A stretch of 62,982 bases of DNA, filler included, from Octopus bimaculoides (lineage: Eukaryota): NCBI RefSeq assembly GCF_001194135.2. It is 9 parts of 8 records of this genome, joined end to end, with 100 filler letters (N's around TTAATTAATTAA, not from the genome) between each part and the next. Parts side by side here need not be neighbours in the genome. Positions count along the whole stretch, not along the records: positions 4,857 to 13,236 come from NW_026407286.1; positions 13,337 to 25,501 come from NC_068984.1; 7 more parts are not named here. One strand, 5' to 3'. Numbering within the stretch: the first letter of the stretch is position 1; each line of letters opens with the position of its first letter. This document shows, piece by piece, positions 12,023 to 24,107 of this stretch. The notes under the pieces were generated by a model. The model was not told where the DNA came from and ran no database searches. It worked only from the letters and a program-made list of their open reading frames with translations. The translations under genes and the position numbers were made by a program.

Positions 12023-12260
12023 AGCAGGCAGTCAAATAAACGAAAGGGCAGACAAATAGACAGACGGAGAAATGTAGTAATAAACCCGACTACGAATATC
12101 TACTATGTGTGTGTTGGCACTCCGTCGCTTACNNNNNNNNNNNNNNNNNNNNNNNNNNNNNNNNNNNNNNNNNNNNNNNNNNNNNNNNNNNNNNNNNNNN
12201 NNNNNNNNNNNNNNNNNNNNNNNNNNNNNNNNNNNNNNNNNNNNNNNNNNNNNNNNNNNN

Positions 12261-12623
12261 CGAGGGTTCCAGTTGATCCCGATCAACGGAACAGCCTGCT
12301 CGTGAAATTAACGTGCAAGTGGCTGAGTACTCCACAGACACGTGTACCCTTAACGTAGTTCTCGGGGGGATATTCAGCGTGACACAGAGTGTGACAAGGC
12401 TGACCCCTTTGAATTACAGGCACAGTAGAAACAGGAAGAAAGAGTGAGAGAAAGTTGTAGTGGAAAAGTACAGCAGGGTTCGCCACCACCCCCTGCCGGA
12501 GCCTCGTGGAGCTTTTAGGAGTTTTCGCTCAATAAACAATCACAACGCCCGGTCTGGGAATCGAAACCGCGATCCTATGACCGCGAGTCCGCTGCCCTAA
12601 CCACTGGGCCATTGCGCCTCCAC
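12261..12623 (-). mobile_element. tRNA-derived SINE family D
   Basis: Reverse complement begins gtggaggcgcaatggcccagtggttagggcagcggactcgcggtcataggatcgcggtttcgattcccagacc (tRNA-like A and B boxes). Same head at 25388. Confidence 0.85.
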
Positions 12624-13005
12624 GAATATCTACTATATAACAAGCAAAAAGTACTGCACAGAAGTGGGGTGTTCAACTTATCAAATAAAAATACGGTAAA
12701 GTTGTCATATATAATAGAGAAACAAGAAAAACATCGCACTTTATTATCCCCCAAAACTTCAATCAACTGGTCTTCCTGGAATTATCTCCCTTGAAAATAC
12801 TTTCGCTAGATTTCTAACTCTCCCTAAGGCGAGATTTTTCTAGAATTTTCTAAAATGCATAGTTATAGTCTTGTCTTTTGTACTGAAAATTTAAGTTTGT
12901 TCTTTCTGTCGTTGTTATTAAATGTCGTTTCTGCCTGTGTGTCTGTCTGTTCGTCGACACGTATGCTTCTAAATTTCGCAACCTTTTCATCTTTTTTTAT
13001 TTCAG

Positions 13006-13052
13006 TTAATGATCGATTCCGTGGCTATTGGGTCCATGATACCTTCCACTGA
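13006..13052 (+). CDS. CA10: CA10/CARP-like last coding exon d (exon continues to donor at 13069)
   Basis: Strong ctttttttatttcag acceptor. A|TT completes Ile, then NDRFRGYWVHDTFH*. A perfect AAG|gtaagt donor lies 17 nt after the stop. Confidence 0.78.
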
Positions 13053-13445
13053 ACTCTTTTTCATCTAAGGTAAGTAATGTACTCATATATATTAATACAC
13101 AGACATATATGCATATATATATATGTATGTATATGCATATATATATGTATATGCATATATATATATATGTACGTGCATATATATATGTATATGCATATAT
13201 ATATATGTGTGTATATATATGCTTATATGTATGTATNNNNNNNNNNNNNNNNNNNNNNNNNNNNNNNNNNNNNNNNNNNNTTAATTAATTAANNNNNNNN
13301 NNNNNNNNNNNNNNNNNNNNNNNNNNNNNNNNNNNNAGCTCTACTTTGTAATTTGTCCATTTTCTGTATTTAGCCCTGTGTGGCTATAATAAAAAGATAT
13401 CTATCTATCTATCTATCTGTGTGTCTGTTTGTCTACCTATCTCTG

Positions 13446-13518
<73 letters not shown>

Positions 13519-13550
13519 GTGTGTGCGTGTGTGTGTGTGTGTGTCTGTGC

Positions 13551-13583
<33 letters not shown>

Positions 13584-13611
13584 TCTACCTATCTATCTAT
13601 CGATCGATCTA

Positions 13612-13928
13612 TCACCTTGGGCACGTGCCTTGTACTATAGGCTCGAGCCGACCAAAGCCTTGTGAGTGGATTTGGTAGGTGGAAACTGAAAGAAGCCCAT
13701 TGTATATCTATATGTATAGATTTGTGTGCGTCTTTGTGTCTGTGTTTGTCCCCCCCCCCATTAGAGCATGACAACCGATGTTCATGCGCTTACATCGCCG
13801 TAACGTAGCGGTTCGGCCAGAGAAACCGATAGAATAGGTACAAGGCTTTAAAAAAATAAGTCCTGGGGTCTACTTGTTCAACTGAAACCCTTCAGTCAAA
13901 TGACTGAAACAAGTAAAAGAATAAAAGA

Positions 13929-13929
<1 letters not shown>
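13612..13929 (+). mobile_element. SINE family A copy, 5'-truncated
   Basis: caccttgggcacgtg...gaccaaagccttgtgagtggatttgg...gactgaaacaagtaaaag. Confidence 0.85.
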
Positions 13930-13974
<45 letters not shown>

Positions 13975-13983
13975 GAGTGTATG

Positions 13984-14018
<35 letters not shown>

Positions 14019-14738
14019 ATACACGCATACATATATGTCACATATTTGTACGTGTGTATGTAGGCCTCTGTGTGTGTCTATGTATGTGTGCGTCTGTATG
14101 TTTGATCCGTGTCTGTGTGTGCGTGCGATCCTATGTTGTATGTCACTTATTTGTATTCTGTTTTTGTTTTGTTTTTTCTTCAAATACTTAATCCGTCGTT
14201 TCATACGGTGTTCTCGACCCCATGACGGGAGCGGTTACAGTTTGTACTTACGTCCTTGACGGCTCCTCCACCCCGACCTTCCTTCTCTCTATTACTACCA
14301 CCACCTCGTCTCTTTCTACTCGACCACCCGAATAACCTCCCCCTCCCCACCGCCCTCACTCCACCCCCAAAACCATTAACAATGACACCATTCTCATTAG
14401 ATGTAATCCAGTCTGGAGACGCCAGAGTTTTGGCACGGTCTCACCTGACACAAAAGTTGTTGGTCTGGACGGTGCCAGACCAAGTGAAAGTACGACCACC
14501 ACACCGAACCAATTGTCACCGCACCACCCCCATCTTTGGATAGATCTTTCCCCACTCCTTAACCTACCCGTATGTACTCACCAGTAGGGGGCCACAATCA
14601 CATGGGTTGCTCTAGTTACGGATGACTACTCAATGAGTCGCCATGTTACGCTTGCTCCGCGCTCTTTTACTTTTCTCACATTTTGTGGGGCGAGGAAGGA
14701 ATATTATCTTTTATACATACATAACTATACATACATAC

Positions 14739-14770
<32 letters not shown>

Positions 14771-15204
14771 GAAATCTTATACACACAAACACACGCACAC
14801 AAGCACATACACTCACATTCATATTTGGAAATATGAATATACATGTATATATACATATGTGTGTGTTTGTGTGCGCGCCTGTACGTGAATTTAAACATTT
14901 TTGTAAAAAATACTTGATTCACTTACTATATTTCAAAGCTATCTTTTATTTTTTACTTGTTTTAGCCACAAGTCTGTGGCCATGCTGGGGCATCGCTTTG
15001 AAGAGTTTTAGTCGAACAGATCGACCCCTGGAACTTTATTTAACGCCAAGTACTTATTGAGGACAGAATGTCTAAATCTTTTGGAAATGTCATGAACTTT
15101 TCGTGTTGTGTGTAAGGATTTCCATTGTTCAAGTTTTCAAACGCATGTTCTAGGCTAATGGGCTAATCCGTATGTGTGTATGTATGTACGTGTGTATGTA
15201 TGGT

Positions 15205-15395
15205 TGAAATTTATAGAAAAACAAAAGAGAAAGACAAGTGTATAAACAACAAATAAGTGTATTAGTTTGACGTTCGGGAAAACGAAAAAGTCCTTCAGGT
15301 TTCGAGCCTACGCTCGTCAGCAGAAAGGAATAAGAGGAAATAAACAGAGAGAGAATGAAAAAAACTTGTAGATTTCAGCGGTCCATGGAACCTTA
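15205..15395. mobile_element. Penelope-like terminal fragment (related copy at about 7050-7140)
   Basis: gttgaaatttatagaaaaacaaaaga... is shared with 7050. The minus strand carries a hammerhead-like GAGC-GUAG-GCUC-GAAAC motif. Family assignment is inferred. Confidence 0.45.
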
Positions 15396-15399
15396 TTAA

Positions 15400-15770
15400 C
15401 CTTCATGCATATGGAAGATAATAGGGTTCCAAAGTAGTTATTCTATCGTGAGCTGTGCACTGGAAAGCGTCCTTAGTATAAATCACAAAAAAGTAACCAG
15501 GGTAGGCTAAAAAAAATAACCCAAAAGAAGTGCAGATCCATGTAAAGAACCGGGAAGAATTAGTTTTGGAAAGAGTTGAATGGGGGAAGTGTATGGGGGA
15601 AGGTTGGACAGCTTTCAAAGAGGGTCACTCTGGGCATGGAAGCCTAAAGAACTGGTTTTGGAGGGGCTGTCATTAGAACCTTAATGAAAACATAGAGTGC
15701 TAGAGGTGTGGAATGTGTGGCTGTGTACTCCTTCCCAAGGCCGGGTATGTCAACCAACTGAAGCCTCATG
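15400..15770 (+). mobile_element. Decayed RTE (BovB-like) LINE ORF C-terminus
   Basis: MEDNRVPK*LFYRELCTGKRP, IHVKNREELVLERVEWGKCMGEG and a terminal CGMCGCVLLPKAGYVNQLKPH zinc-finger-like segment, interrupted by stops and frameshifts. Confidence 0.7.
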
Positions 15771-15884
15771 AAGGAGCAACTGTATGCAATGTCCTTCCTC
15801 CTTGGACCAGGTAATTGGAGGTGTGTAGTGTGAGAAAGGGTTTGCAAGTGGATTTCGGGTCTGAAGAGAAATATATGGCAGTTC

Positions 15885-16498
15885 ACAGGAGTCATATCTT
15901 GCAGGAGTCATATCTTGCAAGAGTCATATCTTGCAGGAGTCATATCTTGCAGGAGTCTTGTCTTGCAGTGGTCATATCTTGCAGGAATCATATCTTGCAG
16001 GGGTCATATCTTGCAGGGGTCATATCTTGCAGGAGTCATATCTTGCAGGGGTCATATCTTGCAGGAGTCTTAGCTTGCAGGGGTCATATCTTGCAGGAAT
16101 CATATCTTGCAGGGGTCATATCTTGCAGGAGTCATATCTTGCAGGAGTCATATCTTGCAGGAGTCATATCTTGCAGGGGCCATATCTTGCAGGAGTCATA
16201 TTTTGCATGAGTCATATCTTGCAAGAGTCATATCTTGCAGGAGTCATATCTTGCAGGAGTCTTGTCTTGCAGTGGTCATATCTTGCAGGGGTCATATCTT
16301 GCAGAGGTCATATCTTGCAGGGGTCATATCTTGCAGGAATCATATCTTGCAGGGGTCATATCTTGCAGGAGTCATATCTTGCAGGGGCCATATCTTGCAG
16401 GAGTCATATTTTGCATGAGTCATATCTTGCAAGAGTCATATCTTGCATGAGTCATATCTTGCAGGAGTCTTGTCTTGCAGTGGTCATATCTTGCAGAG
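15885..16498. repeat. 16-bp minisatellite (GCAGGAGTCATATCTT) x ~38
   Basis: Read directly as a tandem array. Variant blocks recur 208 nt apart (16173/16381 and 16253/16461). Confidence 0.97.
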
Positions 16499-16748
16499 TG
16501 ATCCGATCAATCCACTGGAAGCTAGAACTTTTGTGTGTCACCTATGTTTCAAACCATGCAGACCCCTCAGAGGGACTGAGTAGTCATCGGAGATGTCATG
16601 GATGGAAAGTCAGGAATACAAATGAGGAAACTCAGAGCAACAGCAATCATCTGTGAAGATAGAGCAAATCACCATATACACATATATATGTATGCATATA
16701 TGTATATACATGTGTGAGTGTCTATGTCTGTATGTATATTCATATATC

Positions 16749-16792
<44 letters not shown>

Positions 16793-17174
16793 TGTATGTA
16801 TGTGTGCGCGCGCGTGTGAGAGCATGTGTGTATATAAGGTCATCCATAAGTAGCGTCCAAACTCTTCGAGCACAAGTTCTCTAAATTCCCTAATTTCTTT
16901 CAGTTTATTCATTAACTCGCTTGTCATCAATTACGTTATTCATTAGTACAATTACCATCATTATTAATGAGGTCGTTCCAGCAATTAATAAACCTCATAA
17001 TAACACTTGGAGAGAAAGAATGTAGAGACGGGTAATTTCTACATTTCCTCTTTTAGGAATTAGTCCATCAAAATAATTCTGTAAACTTCGGTATTGGTAA
17101 TAATGGAGCAAGGTGCGATGAATAAAGAACGGGGGAAAGTAGTTTACCGGCTGAATTTTTTTCTCTCTTTTCAG

Positions 17175-17320
17175 ATGTGATCTTTGCCGTATACTGCCAC
17201 GCATTATTATGATGGAGCACCGGTCTTTGGAATTTACTTAAATAGGTCACTTTTCATTCAAAACAGTTTTTTTGATGTTCCTAACAGTGGTGAATAAACG
17301 CTTCAGAAATTGCTTTATTA
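17175..17320 (+). other. Candidate downstream 3'-UTR exon of the CA10-like gene
   Basis: Strong acceptor tttttttctctcttttcag ending at 17174, unique sequence, AATAAA at 17293-17298. Linkage to the 13069 donor is not shown by the sequence. Confidence 0.3.
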
Positions 17321-18332
17321 ACTGATGGCAGCGCCAACATCATCCCATTATATTCAGAGTCTACATGACCCACACGCATGGTATATATATATATATATNN
17401 NNNNNNNNNNNNNNNNNNNNNNNNNNNNNNNNNNNNNNNNNNNNNNNNNNNNNNNNNNNNNNNNNNNNNNNNNNNNNNNNNNNNNNNNNNNNNNNNNNNN
17501 NNNNNNNNNNNNNNNNNNNNNNNNNNNNNNNNNNNNNNNNNNNNNNNNNNNNNNNNNNNNNNNNNNNNNNNNNNNNNNNNNNNNNNNNNNNNNNNNNNNN
17601 NNNNNNNNNNNNNNNNNNNNNNNNNNNNNNNNNNNNNNNNNNNNNNNNNNNNNNNNNNNNNNNNNNNNNNNNNNNNNNNNNNNNNNNNNNNNNNNNNNNN
17701 NNNNNNNNNNNNNNNNNNNNNNNNNNNNNNNNNNNNNNNNNNNNNNNNNNNNNNNNNNNNNNNNNNNNNNNNNNNNNNNNNNNNNNNNNNNNNNNNNNNN
17801 NNNNNNNNNNNNNNNNNNNNNNNNNNNNNNNNNNNNNNNNNNNNNNNNNNNNNNNNNNNNNNNNNNNNNNNNNNNNNNNNNNNNNNNNNNNNNNNNNNNN
17901 NNNNNNNNNNNNNNNNNNNNNNNNNNNATATATATATATATATATATATATAAACGTACACACAAACTCACAAATATTCTCAAACCCTTGAAACTGTCGA
18001 CTCAAACTAAGAAGCCTTGTCACTTCGTCAGTGTCTGACTTGAATTTTGTGAACTTCAGCAATGCTGAAGAAAAATATACATACATACATGCATTCATAC
18101 ATACATGCATTCATACATACATACATTCATACACGTATAAATACATACATACATACATACATACACATATACATACATACATACATACATTGGATCAACT
18201 GGAACAGTCACTGTCGTAACCGACGGAGTACCACAATCCGAACAGATGTGGGGCTAATCAACAACAAATTCACACCCTTACTTGCATTGAAACCTACACA
18301 TACACATTCACACACACACATTCACACACACA

Positions 18333-18369
<37 letters not shown>

Positions 18370-18639
18370 TCACACTGTTACGCATATACATAGATATAGA
18401 AACACATTTTCACATGCTATCACGCATAAGCTTACAAAGACACACACACACACACACACACACACATGCACACCACATACACACATAGATATTGTAGCTC
18501 TCAGGTCCGGCATTTGAAACTCCGAGTACTATTATGACGACCTACTGATTGTTCTAACTATACATCTATAAATATCCTCTATTTACCTAATATCGAGGTC
18601 TCAATCTTTTGTTGTCACTTCTTTTTATTTTATATATAT

Positions 18640-18689
<50 letters not shown>

Positions 18690-18698
<9 letters not shown>

Positions 18699-18895
18699 AT
18701 GAGCCTCTGTTTTTTTCCCCAACATCGCTTGACAACCGATGCTGGTATGTTTACATCCCCGAAATCTAGCGGTTCGGCAAAAGAGACCGATAGAATAAGT
18801 ACTAGGCTTACAAAGAATAAGTCCCGGGGTCGATTTGCTCGACTAAAAGGCGGTGCTCCAGCATGGCCGCAGTCAAATGACTGAAACAAATAAAA
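18690..18895 (+). mobile_element. SINE family A, 3' half
   Basis: cgcttgacaaccgatgctgg...ggcggtgctccagcatggccgcagtcaaatgactgaaac. Confidence 0.85.
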
Positions 18896-19902
18896 AAGTA
18901 TATATATATGTCTGTATGAATGAATGAATGTATGTATGTGTGTATGCATGCATGCATGCATGTATGTATGCATGCATGTAGGTATGTACGTATGTATGTA
19001 TGTATGTATGTATGTGTGTGTATATACGTATGTATGTATGTACGTGTATGTTTAGTTCGTAAGTAGTGAGTGAGCCACAATCCTAAAATCCTGGAAGTAT
19101 GGCTTGGTTACAATATCAATCTAAAATTGTACACTTCCAGGCTGGATTTCACTTTATTTCAAACGAAAATTGCAAATCATTGAAATAAAGATGAAGAATT
19201 ATGTATAAATAGTGGATATTATAGAGAGGAGGTGGCGGGAGGGAAGAGGCGGCGTAGACGAATGAATGCGGAGGCGGGGCGAAAGATAAATGGAAATTGT
19301 TACATTCCATATATGGAGAGTCACGAACAGAATAAATTAAATTTTATTCCATTTTGCAGAAACTTGCATGTTTTATGGAGGTAGACAGACATAGAAGAAA
19401 ACATGAATTATTAAATATATTTAGGATTGGTTGTGTAAACATAACGCTTCACAAAATTATGTTTTATTTATCTTTTTCGCTTCTTTCGTTCACTTTTAAA
19501 CCAAATTTGATGGAATCCTTCAATATGTAGCTACTGTAAGGAGATAAAATGGTATTAGTGAACCAGAAGCGTTTGAGCCCACGATGCTAACCACATTACA
19601 CACACACACACACACATTGTCCAAAGTAGGAGTGTAGCCAACTGCCCAAATAAGACGCACTAAAAATAATGTTTCCAAGAAAAGAGCAAAAAATGTTATA
19701 CTTTCCGCTATTCTTCATCGCTAAAAGGGAACCATCTTGTTATGTTTGCTTCCACCTCTTCGTTTCCTTACCTATTTCTCACTTCTCTTCCTTCTTATAT
19801 TCTTCATTCTTTTACTGGTTTGTCTTTAGTTTTAAATGCCGAAAGTTTCTGTTTACAATGATATAGATTCCAACATGTGAGTGAATGAAGTGTGTGTTTG
19901 TG

Positions 19903-19960
<58 letters not shown>

Positions 19961-20379
19961 TATCTGTATGTAAATGTATGAGTGTGTGTATGTGCGTGAG
20001 TGAGGCTCAAAGAGAGGGAGAAAGAGAAGAGAGAAAGTACGTTTTTTCTAAAACAACGAAATGTCTGAATTTTTTTTTTCTTTCTGTAANNNNNNNNNNN
20101 NNNNNNNNNNNNNNNNNNNNNNNNNNNNNNNNNNNNNNNNNNNNNNNNNNNNNNNNNNNNNNNNNNNNNNNNNNNNNNNNNNNNNNNNNNNNNNNNNNNN
20201 NNNNNNNNNNNNNNNNNNNNNNNNNNNNNNNNNNNNNNNNNNNNNNNNNNNNNNNNNNNNNNNNNNNNNNNNNNNNNNNNNNNNNNNNNNNNNNNNNNNN
20301 NNNNNNNNNNNNNNNNNNNNNNNNNNNNNNNNNNNNNNNNNNNNNNNNNNNNNNNNNNNNNNNNNNNNNNNNNNNNNNN

Positions 20380-20665
20380 AAAGACAGACGAAATACCGCT
20401 AAGCATTTCGCCCGTCGTGCTAATGTTTCTTATTTCTTTATTGCCCACAAGGGGGCTACACACAGAGAGGACAAACAAGAACAGACAAACGGATTAAGTC
20501 GATTATATCGACCTCAGTGCGTAACTGGTACTTATTTAATCGATCCCGAAAGGATGAAAGGCGAAGTCGACTTCAGCGGAATTTGAACTCAGAACGTAAC
20601 GGCAGACGAAATACCGCTAAGCATTTCGCCCGGCGTGCTAACGTTTCTGCCAGCTCGCCACCTTA
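20380..20665 (-). mobile_element. SINE family B, tandem units
   Basis: Same arrangement as 7318-7690. A further diverged copy lies at 20836-21030. Confidence 0.85.
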
Positions 20666-23007
20666 ACAGAGTACAAATATCAACGGAAAAATCAGAGCAC
20701 GTTTGTGAAGTACCAGTCTTAATATTATGTTGTCCACATCCACAAATCAATTATTTATCTAAACACGGGAAGAGGTTTTAAATACTTTTATCATAACTAT
20801 GTACAGTACAGTCTTATTGCTTCATTTTTTTTATACAAGGCCTGTAATTTTTAATGGAAGCGGTTTGTCGGATCACATCGACCCCAGAGCGTAACTGGTA
20901 CTTAATTTATCGACCCCAAAAGGATGAAAGGCAAAGTCGACCTCGGCAGAATCTGACCTTTGAATGTAAAGAGCTGGAAGAAATTTCGCTAAGCATTTTC
21001 ATCAGACGCAAAAACAATTCTAGTAGTTTGCCGTCTTCAATGCAATTATTTAATTAAGTTTAAGCATAGAATGAAGTGTCAGGCATGAAGGATATGTTCC
21101 AAATTTGTATATTTTGATATTTAAGAAAGAATTTTAAATGAAAATTCAAGAGAGGTGACATAGACAAATTTGTATGGTTGGAGGCAACAATATTTTAAAA
21201 AGTTGACTTGTAGAATGTTACAACAGACAAATGACATCAAGTGGTTCTCTTGATATCTCTAAGAAATCTATTTTGTAATGTCTGCCACTGGAGAATAACC
21301 GAGAGCGCCATTTTAGGTGAAAATCTGCCGCTCCTTGATCTGCGCTGATGTTGTTGATAAATAGGAACGGCGAGACTGGCTTCGTCTGCAATGACTGCAC
21401 ATCTTTTAGTCTGTAGGTGGAACATGAAGAAGTTGTAGAATGTCTGCCATATTGTACGATATCCATTAAAAAAGTAAACGTTCATTTGAAGAGAGTTCTA
21501 AATGGATTCATCATGACCAGGCATCACCAGAGTTAGAAACGAACCTAATACAATGAAAACGTGTGGGACGTTAATCTCTGTTGAGTAATGGAGAAATATC
21601 TGTTGGCTTTCTACTAGAAAAAAATTGAACAACACAATATAAATCATGTTAGTGAAACAACCCTTATTACTGCAATAATAATCCATGATTAGACACTGTA
21701 TCTATTAATAACCTCGTTGGTTAAAAATCCACGGTTATTCACTGTATCTATATGTACACTCGTTAATTAATGATCTACATTTTATCTATACCGAGGAGAA
21801 TCAAATACTAAGGAACTAATCATTGACCAGAGAAACAATACTGGGCCAGTCACGTGATACTAACTCTCCACTTTTCGGCTAGTAGTATGGCGTTGTAGTG
21901 AACGAATTTGATTTTAATATATAATATATAATTCAGTAAAACATCTTCGTCATCCAGATAATCAGATAATTAGCTAATTAGCTTATAAAGAGAAATAGCT
22001 TTCATTTTTCGTCAAACGTAAAGAATATACAGACATTGAAGTCGACGAAATAAAATTATTCTAAGCATTATGTTGGATTAAACATGAGTTAGAACTTGTG
22101 TCAGTTCTGTTTTAGAATTGTGAAGATATCCGGTTTTAGAATGAAATTTCTCATTCTTTCAAAATACAACGGATTTAATCAGAACAAAAATGATGTTCTA
22201 TGGTTTTTAAATTCACGTGAAATGTCAGTGGTTGCATCATGGCTGCCATTGAAAATCACGGCTATGACTGGCCAGGAGTTTATCTGTAATTAACTTATAC
22301 TTAAAAGGTTTATCTCTAATCAGCCTACCACTAATTAATTTATCTCTAACTTACAACTAATTAACCAATAAAATTATTTTTAATTAAATTATCTCAAATC
22401 CAGTTACATCCCTTTAACTTATTTTTAATTAACTTCTAATTAACTTGCTATTTACTAACATAACTCCCATTTGTTTACCTCTAATAAACATAACCCTAAA
22501 CAATTCATTTGTAATTAATTTACATCTAATCAATCTCACTTCAACGTCCCTAATCATCGACCTACTTTTAGCTTACCTCTTATTATCTTCGACCTCATTA
22601 GAATACTTTAGTCAACCTACCTCAAATCAATTAACTTATCATTGATTAACTTACCTTTAATTAACTTACCTGTGTGTGCCAGTTCCATTTTGTGAAGATT
22701 TATGAAAAACATTATCCAATATGTAATGATTGGTCTTGTAACTGAATTAAAAAGAAAGTTGGAGAAAGTTTTGTTGGGAAATAAGTCAAAGCAAACAAGA
22801 TTGATAAAAAGTGTCTTGTAAAATATTTTTTAGAACTAAAAACCCCAAATATGCTGGTCGGGGAAGTACAGTTCACATATATTGCACATGTACAACACGC
22901 CAATTTGGATTCTGAAAACTGGTTAGTTCCTCTCTCTCTCTTCTCTATCCCTCCTTCTCTCTCTCACTTGTCGCACTTTCCTCGTAACTGACATATTTAC
23001 TGTGAAG

Positions 23008-23363
23008 GACTGCGTGGCTGTGTGGTAAGAAGTTTGCTTCTCAACCACATGGTTCCGGGTCCAGTCCCACTGCGTGGCAGTCAGTGTAAGTGTTCTTTTA
23101 TAGCCTTGGGCCTAGTGAGTGGGAAGAAACCCGTCGTACATATGAGTGTGTGTTTTTTGTGCCCCACCATCGCTTGACAACCGATGTTGATGTGTTTAAG
23201 TTCCTGTAACTTAACGGTTCGGCAAAAGAGACCGATAGGATAAGTACCTGGCTTATGAAAAAATATTAAGTACTGAGGTCGATTCATTCGACTAAAAAGA
23301 GAATTCTTCAAGGCGGTGCCCCAGCATCGCCGCAGTCTAATAACTGCAACAGGATAAAAGATA
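23008..23363 (+). mobile_element. SINE family A copy
   Basis: gtggctgtgtggtaagaagtttgcttctcaaccacatggttccgggtcc head and family A tail. Confidence 0.85.
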
Positions 23364-24057
23364 ACCAGTCAATGACATTAGCTGACCAAACGAAACCCTT
23401 TCACTGATCCCTCTGAGACATTTTTAAACTGACCAATCAAAGAATAGTTGACTGACCAATCAGTGTTCTTGATCTGACACCGTGTAACGGGACTGAACTC
23501 GCTATTAGAGTCTTACAAAAGCACGAATAACTGCTACAACGTTCACCATCCTAATTGTTCACTAATACCAACGACATCAGCTAGAAACAGCAGCCAAATC
23601 TCTCTCACATCGCACACAATATCTTGGAAACAGAACTCACTGGATAATGTGGGCTAATGTTCTCTGCAAATAAGAAACAAACGGGATGGTCACGGCTGAA
23701 ATACTTTTGATTATCGGTCTGTTAAACAACCACTTCCACCACCCGATACCACTATACTGCTACCCCAACCTCACATACCACTACCATTACCAATACCACC
23801 AAAAAACCACAATACTACATCCATCACCATCACCGTCACCTCCAGCTCGTACTGTCACTTCATTATCAGCAACAGCGCCACCACCACCACTACAATTAAA
23901 TGATAGAAATAATAGCCCTGGAATCACTCTTTAAAAGTGTTGCTTAAGGTCGTCCTGGGTTTGCGTAAAGACAGAAAGATTGAAACACAGGATGGTTCCA
24001 AGACAACCATCACCAGGTCACCTTCATCATCATCACCATCATCATCATCACCATCAC

Positions 24058-24107
<50 letters not shown>

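Noticed and set aside
12555-12623. tRNA-like sequence (also 25388-25460)
   Set aside because: Continues into SINE body sequence and lacks a proper acceptor stem and terminator: SINE heads, not tRNA genes.
5064-13052. Claim that the carbonic anhydrase is catalytically inactive
   Set aside because: The zinc-ligand His exons are not in the window. CARP status rests only on the THPGC, RTNIN and C-terminal tail resemblance.
13337-13403. Long exact inverted match to about 58957-59026
   Set aside because: A shared young repeat tail 45 kb apart, not a specific long-range structure.
15815-16656. Cys/His-rich repeat proteins in three frames
   Set aside because: A consequence of a stop-free 16-bp unit. 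No credible splice sites or promoter, so it is reported only as a minisatellite.
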